A stretch of 38,529 nt of DNA from a virus. Lineage: Duplodnaviria > Caudoviricetes. Every line of letters starts with the position of its first letter. Within the stretch, counting starts at the first letter, position 1. The stretch is from IMG/VR virus record IMGVR_UViG_3300012940_000053, positions 1-38,529 of that record; one strand, written 5' to 3'. The translations under genes and the position numbers were made by a program. This document shows positions 18,452-26,675 of this stretch, one piece after another. Under the pieces are notes generated by a model. It was not told the origin of the DNA. It made no database searches and worked only from the letters and a program-made list of their open reading frames with translations.

Positions 18452-21400
18452 ATGGCAACACTTGATGAATTGATCGCGCAGCTTGCGCAAAGTGGGAATC
18501 GGAACTACACCTATAACCCAACACCCCTCCCCACTGTTCCGACTACACCGTATCGGCCTGATATCGGAGCGCCGATTGATTTCAATCTGGTCTTTGGAAG
18601 TACACAAAAACCGTCCGCTGCCGCCGCATCTGATTCTTCAGGTCTTCCTTTGTGGCAGCGGGCACTTATGCAAGTTGATCGTGGCCGGAATGCAGCCGTC
18701 AACGTGTTAGATGAATTAACAGATGGTCAGCACAGTTCCTTCGGTAGTATACTTGGGGCTGCGAAACGTGGCGCAGCCTTGCAAGATCACACTGGATTCG
18801 ATAAGATTCTTGGGAATCTTGGATGGGGCGAAGCCAACGAAGACCTTTCAGGATCGCTCGGCAATTACATAGGCGCAAAACTGAATAATAGTTCCCGTAA
18901 GTTGGTGTCCTTCCTCGGGGATGTTGCTTTCGATCCTCTTACATATGCAACATTTGGTGCTGGATCACTGGTTAAAGCTGGAGAATCTGCTGGCGTAAAG
19001 GCCGCAAAAGATGCAGCGAAGTCGCTTGGTGTTAAGGCAACAAAGGAGCTTGATCAAGCACCTACTTATTATGCCGAGCAATTAACAAAAAAGCTAACCG
19101 ATCAAGGCATGGATGTAGCGCAGGCTGAACGTCTTGCCGCACAAAAAACTGCTGGTGTAGCGGAAGACATCCAAAATGCTGTTCGTGCCGCTCAGAATCG
19201 GGCACAAAATGCAGCTATTAACTTTGATGTTCCGTTTACTCGAATCACAAAACAATTCGGTACCAAACCAGACATATTAAAAATCACTCCACAAGCAATC
19301 GGCACAACAGGTGCGATTACTGCACGACAAATTGCGAGGGAGCTTGGCAAAAGTGAAGACTACCTGAAGAAATTTTATAAGGTAGACAAGCTTGAAGACT
19401 TGAATGTTCAGCAGTTCAATCATCTGCGTGAACAGATTCCGCGCTTTCAAGAGTTTCAAGCGCAAAACGCGGTTCGTAGTGTAAATCCGTCAGGCCCACG
19501 GCCAGTTTTTCAAGAGGGTGAGCTAATCAATCCCGGAGCCGTACCTTCTTCAGCTTCTAGCATCGCTCCAATAGCCGATATTAACTTGGGGCCGATTCGC
19601 ATCGAAGGCGATCAGCCATTAGCCTTTTCGGCAGGACGTAGCACTCGGGCACCAGAGCGTCGGAATATAGTTGATGCTGAAACAACACCGATTAAAGCAC
19701 CTGAGTTTGAGTTTAGTAAGTATGTGCAAGGTGCTGGCGGTCGGTCGAAAGTAGGCAACGCAGTTGGACGGGTAACAGATATCTTCAATCCTCGTACTGC
19801 TCGTTCGCGGGATTCAGGGCTGGCGAATCAAGGCGTTGATAAGCTTCGTGACACAGAGAACGCTATCCATGCACAGCAACGGCAATTCGAACAGGAGCTA
19901 TCCGACTTAGCAGAGGTCGGTAAGAATCTAACCACGGAACAGAAGCAGGCTATCCCATATCTGATCGAAGGCGAATTTCCGTCATCTGGTGCATTCAAAC
20001 GAGAGGATGCTACGCCGGAAATGATTCAGATCGCAGACCGCATGCGGGCTATGTTGCAGCAGATGGGGAGCGAAGAAGTTGCTGCTGGTGTACTGAAGTC
20101 ATTACGCCAAGGGTACTTTCCGCACGTATTCAGCGATAGCCTATCGGCTGAGCGATTAGCCGAGCTTCGTGCCAAATACCCGGACGATCCGATGTTTCAA
20201 GAGTTAATTGGCCGTTCGGCCAGTAACAACTTCAACAAGGAGCGTAAATCATTCGAAACTTTGGCTCGGGTGGATAATGCAATCGCTAAGCTAACAAATG
20301 CTAAAAATAAGGCCGGTCTTACACCTGAACAAATTGCAGAAATTGATGATAAAATCGAGATCATATCGAACCTGTTCGAGCGCGATCCATTCAAAGTTAT
20401 GGCAAAGCGGGCATCTGCATGGATACGATCCACTTCGATGAAGAAGTTATATGACGATTTCGCTGAAGATGGACTTGTTATCTCGCCTGAAAAATTCTCT
20501 GCAAGTCCTGAAGCTATTCGCACCGGAAAGTATACAAAACTTGATACCTCGCAAGCAAAAGCGATGGGCTTAGAAGAGGGTACTTATGTACATACGGAGC
20601 TACTGGATGCTATGAAGCGGGTTGATAGCATCTTTACCTCAAAAGGTATGGAGAAATTTGTGAATCAAATTGAAGCCGCGCAGAACATGTGGAAGACGGT
20701 TGTTACAACCATCCCTTCCCACTACTGGAACAATTATATCGGCAACCTGTTTAACAACGCGCTTGCCGGTATCAGTGTGAAATCCTATGCCCGCGCTTCA
20801 ACGTTGATGGATAAGGCACGGAAAGGCACATTGTCTGCGGCTGAAGAAAAGGTATTTCAATCGGCTATTAAACAAGGTGTCTTGCATCAAAACTTCTACT
20901 CCGATTTCATCAAGGCAAATGATCGTGGGAAAGGCACTAAGTTTGAAGAACTGGAGAAGAAGTTCCGCAGCAACAAGCTCACGGCTTACATGCAAAAGAA
21001 GTACGGCCAGCCCGCCGAAAACTTCACGCGGTTTGCACACTACGTCGATGTTCTGGGAAAAACAGGTTCGCCGAAGCAGGCTGCTTCTTCAGTTCGTCAG
21101 TACCTTTTCAACTATCACGAACTGACACATTCTGATCGTGTGGCCCGCCTGCTCATTCCCTTCTGGAACTGGACGAAGAATAATGCGCCGCTTCAAATAC
21201 AGAAGTTGATGCAAAACCCTCGATTCTATAAGCAGTATGTCGCTTTGAAGGAGCAGTCGCAGGAAGGACAGGACGGACCTGATTTTGCCCGCGAGTCTTA
21301 CTTTGGGATTCTCGGCAACAAACAATTACCCGTTAACTTGCCGTTGAATGACCTGAACAGCATCTTCGGGAACTCCGGTATGGACCCGCTTCGCTACCTC

Positions 21401-21667
21401 GCCAGCGGTGCAAACGTGTTAGGTAAAATACCGATTGAGGTACTTACAAACAAGAACCTATTCACGAATAAACCGATTGATTACGAGCGCGAATATCAAG
21501 GTGGTGTTGACCCGCAAGCTTGGCTCAAATATGGCTTAAGTCAATTGGGCCGTGTTGGATCAGCAGCCTACCAAGCAGGGACGGGCAATCCCGGAGAGGC
21601 AGTTGGGCGCACAGTCAGCCCGTTCGGGTATCCAATCACAGTTGATGCTGATCAGGAAGGGGGTTAA
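18452..21667 (+). CDS. Large internal virion/ejection protein
   Basis: 1071 aa helical; DPLTY, GYFPH and LIPFWNWTKNN motifs; last structural gene before lysis. Confidence 0.7.
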   Translation: MATLDELIAQLAQSGNRNYTYNPTPLPTVPTTPYRPDIGAPIDFNLVFGSTQKPSAAAASDSSGLPLWQRALMQVDRGRNAAVNVLDELTDGQHSSFGSILGAAKRGAALQDHTGFDKILGNLGWGEANEDLSGSLGNYIGAKLNNSSRKLVSFLGDVAFDPLTYATFGAGSLVKAGESAGVKAAKDAAKSLGVKATKELDQAPTYYAEQLTKKLTDQGMDVAQAERLAAQKTAGVAEDIQNAVRAAQNRAQNAAINFDVPFTRITKQFGTKPDILKITPQAIGTTGAITARQIARELGKSEDYLKKFYKVDKLEDLNVQQFNHLREQIPRFQEFQAQNAVRSVNPSGPRPVFQEGELINPGAVPSSASSIAPIADINLGPIRIEGDQPLAFSAGRSTRAPERRNIVDAETTPIKAPEFEFSKYVQGAGGRSKVGNAVGRVTDIFNPRTARSRDSGLANQGVDKLRDTENAIHAQQRQFEQELSDLAEVGKNLTTEQKQAIPYLIEGEFPSSGAFKREDATPEMIQIADRMRAMLQQMGSEEVAAGVLKSLRQGYFPHVFSDSLSAERLAELRAKYPDDPMFQELIGRSASNNFNKERKSFETLARVDNAIAKLTNAKNKAGLTPEQIAEIDDKIEIISNLFERDPFKVMAKRASAWIRSTSMKKLYDDFAEDGLVISPEKFSASPEAIRTGKYTKLDTSQAKAMGLEEGTYVHTELLDAMKRVDSIFTSKGMEKFVNQIEAAQNMWKTVVTTIPSHYWNNYIGNLFNNALAGISVKSYARASTLMDKARKGTLSAAEEKVFQSAIKQGVLHQNFYSDFIKANDRGKGTKFEELEKKFRSNKLTAYMQKKYGQPAENFTRFAHYVDVLGKTGSPKQAASSVRQYLFNYHELTHSDRVARLLIPFWNWTKNNAPLQIQKLMQNPRFYKQYVALKEQSQEGQDGPDFARESYFGILGNKQLPVNLPLNDLNSIFGNSGMDPLRYLASGANVLGKIPIEVLTNKNLFTNKPIDYEREYQGGVDPQAWLKYGLSQLGRVGSAAYQAGTGNPGEAVGRTVSPFGYPITVDADQEGG

Positions 21668-21671
21668 AACT

Positions 21672-21917
21672 GTGTCGCAGGAGGCCGACGACATGCATTT
21701 CGAGACGCTAACGCAAATTCGTATTGAGCTTGGGCGCTTGGGTGAAAAAATGGATGCCTTAAAGGAGTCCAATCAAATTCGCTATTTGGAGCAAGAGCGC
21801 CGAATTAAAAAGCTTGAAGATACGCAAACATGGCTGTGGCGCACAACAATAACATCCTTCATTACCGGCGCAGCGGCCATTGTGTTTGCACTTATTCAGA
21901 AAGGTTTGGGTGGTTAA
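21672..21917 (+). CDS. XhlA-like holin/hemolysin
   Basis: Coiled coil then LEDTQTWLWRT plus one TM helix; GTG start after GGAAGGGGG. Confidence 0.75.
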   Translation: MSQEADDMHFETLTQIRIELGRLGEKMDALKESNQIRYLEQERRIKKLEDTQTWLWRTTITSFITGAAAIVFALIQKGLGG

Positions 21918-21918
21918 C

Positions 21919-22716
21919 ATGTCTGTTGAAGGTATTGATTGCGCCCATCCGCTTACAAAGACGGATGCCGCATACTTTGCAGGACAAGGCAAGAAGTTTG
22001 TTGCCCGCTATGTAGTCCCGCAAAGTATGGCGTGGAAGCGCCTGACGAAAGAAGAAGCACAACTTACTAACGATGCCGGTCTGGATATCGTAGCGGTCTT
22101 TGAGTCAACAGCAAACCGAATGCTTAAAGGGCAGGATGCCGGTATGGCTGATGCCGAAGCTTTCCTGAAAGAAGCAGCCTTGATCGGTATTCCAAAAGGT
22201 TCAGGTGCTTACTTCGCTTGTGATTTCGATGTACAATCGGATCAAATGACGGTTGTCGAAAAGTACATGCGCGGTGTTGCTGTCGAGCTTGGAAAAGACT
22301 ATCGGTCAGGTGGCTACGGCTCCTATCGATTCATTGAAGAAATGGCAAAGCGTAACGCTGCTGAGTTGTTCTGGCAAACCTATGCGTGGAGCGGCGGTAA
22401 AGTCAGCACGAAAGCCCACTTCATTCAATACAGCAATGGACATACATATAACGGATTCTCATATGACCTGAACCGGACGCTGGCGCAAGACTTTGGGGCT
22501 TGGAACCTGAACGCGAAGCCTGTGATTTCTTCAGTTCCTACTCAACCAAAGACGGTTATTAACGATACGACTGTCATTGATGTGGAACTGAAGAATGACC
22601 GCGTTCGGGGGGACTACGCTCCGCTACTGGATGCGCTTGGTATCCCCTACACATGGCACCCTGAACAGAAAAAGCTTTATATTTATTGGAAGAAAGAAGG
22701 CGAAAAGAATGGATAA
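21919..22716 (+). CDS. Endolysin, DUF1906 / GH25-like glycoside hydrolase
   Basis: GIDC, FVARY, KRLTKEEA, YFACDFD, GGYGS, WQTYAWSGG motifs; between two holins. Confidence 0.85.
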   Translation: MSVEGIDCAHPLTKTDAAYFAGQGKKFVARYVVPQSMAWKRLTKEEAQLTNDAGLDIVAVFESTANRMLKGQDAGMADAEAFLKEAALIGIPKGSGAYFACDFDVQSDQMTVVEKYMRGVAVELGKDYRSGGYGSYRFIEEMAKRNAAELFWQTYAWSGGKVSTKAHFIQYSNGHTYNGFSYDLNRTLAQDFGAWNLNAKPVISSVPTQPKTVINDTTVIDVELKNDRVRGDYAPLLDALGIPYTWHPEQKKLYIYWKKEGEKNG

Positions 22717-22948
22717 AGGAAGCATTATTCGTACGATCATTCTCGCGATTGCATTGATCAATCAATTGCTGACAGCAGCAGGCAAGTCGCCACTACCGAT
22801 TGAGGATGAAACTGTTGATACCATCGTTAGTACCGGGTTCACGATCATTACATCCGTTTGGGCATGGTGGAAGAACAACTACATCAGCAAGAAGGGCCAG
22901 CTTCAGAAAGAAGTTCTCAAACGAAACGGCCTGACGAATGCAAAGTAA
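22709..22948 (+). CDS. Holin, SPP1 family
   Basis: MDKGSIIRTIILAIALINQLL..GKSPLPI..WAWWKNNYIS. Confidence 0.9.
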   Translation: MDKGSIIRTIILAIALINQLLTAAGKSPLPIEDETVDTIVSTGFTIITSVWAWWKNNYISKKGQLQKEVLKRNGLTNAK

Positions 22949-22950
22949 AG

Positions 22951-22981
22951 AAAAGCCTCCCTATTAACGGGAGGCTTCTTT
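22951..22981. terminator. Bidirectional terminator between the converging arms
   Basis: AAGCCTCCC-N7-GGGAGGCTT with A-run before and T-rich run after. Confidence 0.8.
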
Positions 22982-23374
22982 CATGAAGTCATCGTACAAA
23001 CGATCTGCTAATTTCTTGCGTATACTGAAAGACAAGTAGGGGTGCGTATCAGCAATAGCAAACATAATGTTATTTACCGTAATTTGTGAAGCATAATTGA
23101 GTAGATTGTCTTTTACGTCTGACCTTATTTTTGAATAATCATATTCAATTTCATTTACAGGCGTTTGAATATTATTTTTCAATCGGGTAATGTACCAGAT
23201 AGCTTTATCCAAGTCTTCGATGCCATTCTTCTCTTTCCAACGCCACAAATACTTGATCGCCGTACCTGTGCAATGCGCCTCAATCCCTTTCAGGTTTGCT
23301 GTAGCCGATTCAATTGCGTCAATACATTCAACATCGCCTTGTCTATAATGACTTGGATTGATTGGATCACTCAT
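22964..23374 (-). CDS. DUF3310 (T7 gp1.7-like nucleotide kinase) with C-terminal extension
   Basis: DPINPSHY..ECIDAI..AIKYLWRWKEKNGIEDLDKAIWY. Confidence 0.85.
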   Translation of the reverse strand: MSDPINPSHYRQGDVECIDAIESATANLKGIEAHCTGTAIKYLWRWKEKNGIEDLDKAIWYITRLKNNIQTPVNEIEYDYSKIRSDVKDNLLNYASQITVNNIMFAIADTHPYLSFSIRKKLADRLYDDFMKEASR

Positions 23375-23865
23375 TTTTTCACCCCATATTTGAAGTAGTA
23401 CAGACCGTGCCGAATTGCGTCTCGCTGATGATCGTTGGATCGCATTCCTTGCACCATAAAAATCTTATTGTTTTTTGTCTCTGCAATACCCATTCGAACA
23501 AGAATATGGTCTGCGAAACGAGGCTTAATTGATGGCGGTTGAAAGATAAATTTTACATTCTTTGACCAAGCAATATGCCGGATAGCTCCGATGAGTTGCG
23601 GTGTCTCAAGATCAGACCACGACTGCGCCATTGCTTTACCCGGTTGAAGTTGATAAGATTCACAAACAATGATCTTCGGATGAGCAGCCATAATTTTACT
23701 GATGATAGCTCCCCAATAATTCTCCGTTGTATCATACTCCTTTGCCCGCACATCCCCATAATTCATGAGCGACCCGTCACTGTCAAACGAGGCCCAGCCT
23801 GTAGTACCTTTCCCTTCTTTAGAGAGGAAATTACCGCTAGGATCAATGGCTATCAGATGTACCAC
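23371..23865 (-). CDS. RuvC-like Holliday junction resolvase
   Basis: IAIDPSG, TTGWA, IVCESY, HQRDAIRH acidic motifs. Confidence 0.7.
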   Translation of the reverse strand: MVHLIAIDPSGNFLSKEGKGTTGWASFDSDGSLMNYGDVRAKEYDTTENYWGAIISKIMAAHPKIIVCESYQLQPGKAMAQSWSDLETPQLIGAIRHIAWSKNVKFIFQPPSIKPRFADHILVRMGIAETKNNKIFMVQGMRSNDHQRDAIRHGLYYFKYGVKK

Positions 23866-24118
23866 TATCCATCAACTCCATCATTTCCATCCATTTGTTC
23901 AACTCGTCAAAAGCAGATTCGAGTTTCTTTCCTTCTATAACGATCTGTTCTAAAGCCTTCTCGTGCGGAATTGCAATGCCGCCTGAGCGAAGACTTATAA
24001 GCGCAGTCTTTACAACTTTGTCAAGCGTACCGCCTAGTACCTCGACAATCTTATCTGTGCATTGCGCAACCATTTTAAGGTCCGCAAGCTCCTTCTCCAG
24101 TTCTTCAACACGTTCCAT
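23843..24118 (-). CDS. Hypothetical protein (91 aa)
   Basis: RBS AAGGGAG before ATG 24118; sigmaA promoter upstream. Confidence 0.7.
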   Translation of the reverse strand: MERVEELEKELADLKMVAQCTDKIVEVLGGTLDKVVKTALISLRSGGIAIPHEKALEQIVIEGKKLESAFDELNKWMEMMELMDSGTSDSH

Positions 24119-24148
24119 TTTAACATCTCCCTTTCGGTTTGTATATTG

Positions 24149-24177
24149 AATATAGCATATTACACATAGCATGTCAA
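24149..24177 (-). promoter_or_regulatory. Putative sigmaA promoter (leftward)
   Basis: TTGACA-N17-TATATT with extended TG. Confidence 0.7.
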
Positions 24178-24205
24178 CATATTCCTGATATATTCGGCAT
24201 ACACT
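24177..24205 (+). promoter_or_regulatory. Putative sigmaE (mother cell) promoter of the FtsK-relaxase pair
   Basis: ACATATT-N14-CATACACT versus sigmaE consensus (t/k)CATATT-N14-CATACAnT; RBS AGGAGG follows. Confidence 0.7.
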
Positions 24206-24224
24206 ATATCAGGAGGCGATTATC

Positions 24225-25406
24225 ATGTTGACCCTTGCAGGCGCGGCGCTTGTCGCAGCGTCAGGAGTGGGCCTGATACAGAACAGGCCGAAAGCGATCA
24301 TCAGGAAACAGCTTGTGCGATATTTCCGATCCTGCAAGCTACCGGAAGTTTCCGTGCGCCGGATTACGCGCCACGGCGCTACGTATGCGGTGCGAATCAC
24401 CTTACCCTACGGAGTGACGGTTGAAAAGTTCCAATCGCATCTGCCCGGTATGGAGCAGGCTGTAGCGGCTCCGATCAAACTGAAACATGTGTTCGGTGCT
24501 ACCTGTGAACTTACCCTAGGCTATGCGCCCTTCTTCGAAAAGGTCAGCTACACGGATCGACTACCCCGCAACGGCCTCACCGTACCGCTCATGACACCAT
24601 TCGGCACCCGATTCCTCGACTTCTCAGATGAAACATGCTGCCATTTGCTTACCGGAGGGGCAACTCGAATGGGAAAAAGCGCTTTAATCCGATTGATCGC
24701 AACGCATTTAACACTTTCATTAGACGGAAATTTGCAGATAAAGATGATCAATAATAAAGTTACAGACCTCTACATGTTTCGCGGTGTTCCGCACATTGAA
24801 GTTGCTGAAACGGATCGTGAAGCATTGGCTGTTTTGGAGCAGGCACTTGACGAAGCTAAACGTAGAAAGTCGCTGTTAAAATCAAAGAAAAATGTGGTTG
24901 ATGCTAAGCAATTTAGACAACGGTACCCTGATGAAAAAATGGAGCCTGTCTTTATCATTATAGACGAATACGGGCGCTTTGCCGACAACAAGGCAATTCA
25001 GAATGCGGTGACTGAATTGGCTGAAACCGCTGGCTATCTCGATATTCACTTGATCATATCTAGCCAGCGGCCCGATGCCAAAGATGTTTTGAAGCCTCGA
25101 ATAAAGGCCAATATATTAACAAGGATTGCTTTTTCTACCACCGACGAAACCAACTCCATGATTATACTGGATTCGCCTGAGGCTGCGCACCTTGGGAAGA
25201 TACAGGGCCGAGCCTATTTGCTCGATGGATTCCTTGAAAAAGTTCAGGTTCCCTACATGTCACCGGAACAAGTTGTTACGTTGCTTGAGCCGTACCGAAA
25301 GGAGGAAGGAACTGAAGATGATGCTCCGCGATCAGAGGATATTGAAGCTCCTGAAGCACTTCCGAGTTTTATCTCGGGATCAACTGGCTTCACTGACCTG
25401 TCCTGA
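24225..25406 (+). CDS. FtsK/SpoIIIE-family ATPase with N-terminal membrane anchor
   Basis: HLLTGGATRMGKS Walker A, IIIDEY Walker B, SSQRPDA, IKANI..RIAF, GRA; hydrophobic N-terminus; no gamma domain evident. Confidence 0.9.
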   Translation: MLTLAGAALVAASGVGLIQNRPKAIIRKQLVRYFRSCKLPEVSVRRITRHGATYAVRITLPYGVTVEKFQSHLPGMEQAVAAPIKLKHVFGATCELTLGYAPFFEKVSYTDRLPRNGLTVPLMTPFGTRFLDFSDETCCHLLTGGATRMGKSALIRLIATHLTLSLDGNLQIKMINNKVTDLYMFRGVPHIEVAETDREALAVLEQALDEAKRRKSLLKSKKNVVDAKQFRQRYPDEKMEPVFIIIDEYGRFADNKAIQNAVTELAETAGYLDIHLIISSQRPDAKDVLKPRIKANILTRIAFSTTDETNSMIILDSPEAAHLGKIQGRAYLLDGFLEKVQVPYMSPEQVVTLLEPYRKEEGTEDDAPRSEDIEAPEALPSFISGSTGFTDLS

Positions 25407-25881
25407 AGTAGCCCGGCCAGTCGTCACCATCAATCGCGTTCTGAAACGGCTTGCCAGAGATGGGTATATTCTTCAGATTCCTCAAGTACGGGATCGGCCA
25501 TACTTATATATGCCGAACCCGTCAATCATCCACCCGCAGTCAAATAAAATATCACATTTCATCGCCATTGCTGATCTATACATTGGCCTGAAACAACCCA
25601 AAGTCTTTGAAGTGGAGCCGGTGATAAATGATGATTTTCGCCCTGATGCTTATGTCCGTGATATCTCTTTACCTAGCCCTGTTCTCGTCGAAGTCCAAAG
25701 GACCGTGATTAGTACGAAGAAAATGCAGGCAAAAGTCGATGAGTTTGTGAAGTCGTATCTGAAGAAACAACATGACGCCAAAGCCCTTTGGATCATATCG
25801 GATGTCGAGTATCGACTTGATATTCCAGAGGGCTTCAGCGTCATCCATCAGAAGCCGTTTAGAATGGATATTGCGCATTGA
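25318..25881 (+). CDS. Replication-relaxation (Replic_Relax) family protein
   Basis: RDQRILKLL..LSRDQL wHTH, NRVLKRL, HFIAIAD, RPDAY..LVEVQ PD-(D/E)xK-like core; RBS AAGGAGG; overlaps ATPase gene by 89 nt. Confidence 0.8.
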   Translation: MMLRDQRILKLLKHFRVLSRDQLASLTCPEVARPVVTINRVLKRLARDGYILQIPQVRDRPYLYMPNPSIIHPQSNKISHFIAIADLYIGLKQPKVFEVEPVINDDFRPDAYVRDISLPSPVLVEVQRTVISTKKMQAKVDEFVKSYLKKQHDAKALWIISDVEYRLDIPEGFSVIHQKPFRMDIAH

Positions 25882-26011
25882 TGATGTCGATGAGGACATC
25901 CTTCAGTTCAGCTACCGAATCAGCAGATTCAACTTTGCTGATAAGCGCATTCTTTTGATCGAGGCTATCCTGAATCTCGGCCTCTTTTTCATCAGCCTTT
26001 TTAGCTACCAT
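25859..26011 (-). CDS. Small acidic hypothetical protein (50 aa)
   Basis: RBS AAGGGGGTGA before ATG 26011. Confidence 0.6.
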   Translation of the reverse strand: MVAKKADEKEAEIQDSLDQKNALISKVESADSVAELKDVLIDIINAQYPF

Positions 26012-26094
26012 GTGTATTTCACCCCCTTTCACAAACGGCGCTCTCAGCGCTTGTTTTTGTGATTCAACAAGCTCAATATAATTACCACGATGCA

Positions 26095-26469
26095 TCACAA
26101 TTTTTTACCGCCATGTCGGATCGGACGGGTAGCGTTGTAGGCCATCTTTTCCCGGATCGCTTGTTCCAGATCGATGCCGTATCGGCCTGCGGCATCGAAC
26201 ACGCGAATGCAGATATCAGCCAATTCGGATGGGATACCGCACGGTTTACAATGATCAAATAGCTGCCTGTCGGAGTAGGCAACCTCATCGCCTTCTTTCA
26301 GTTCGTACCAAACTTCCGTAGCCGTGTGTCCGTTACGGAAATCCTCCAGCGCTTCAGATGCCTCAGAGTGAATGAGGGCGATGACTTCGCCGAACGAACG
26401 CTCATCGTCCCACCACCCTTTGTTCACCGCATTTTGATGTGCCTCAGTCACCAATTCCGATAAGTTCAT
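26095..26469 (-). CDS. MazG-like NTP pyrophosphohydrolase
   Basis: ALIHSEASEALE..SELADICIR..KMAYNATR. Confidence 0.85.
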   Translation of the reverse strand: MNLSELVTEAHQNAVNKGWWDDERSFGEVIALIHSEASEALEDFRNGHTATEVWYELKEGDEVAYSDRQLFDHCKPCGIPSELADICIRVFDAAGRYGIDLEQAIREKMAYNATRPIRHGGKKL

Positions 26470-26674
26470 ACTCTTCTTCCTCCTTGAATAATTTATAAAG
26501 CTCTATGTGAAGCGCCTTTGCGATCAACTGTAAGGTGTCAAGTCGAGGACCGGCGCGGACTCCATTTTCAATCTCCTGCAATGTCTTGCGTGTAATACCT
26601 GCATTAGCTGCTAAGACTTCGACGGACCATCCGCGCTGTCTTCGCAGCTTTTTGATTCGTTTTCCAAGCGTCAT
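26444..26674 (-). CDS. XRE-family HTH transcriptional regulator (76 aa)
   Basis: LGKRIKKLRRQRGWSVEVLA..GIT..IENG..P.LDTL..IAKAL. Confidence 0.85.
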   Translation of the reverse strand: MTLGKRIKKLRRQRGWSVEVLAANAGITRKTLQEIENGVRAGPRLDTLQLIAKALHIELYKLFKEEEEYELIGIGD

Positions 26675-26675
26675 T

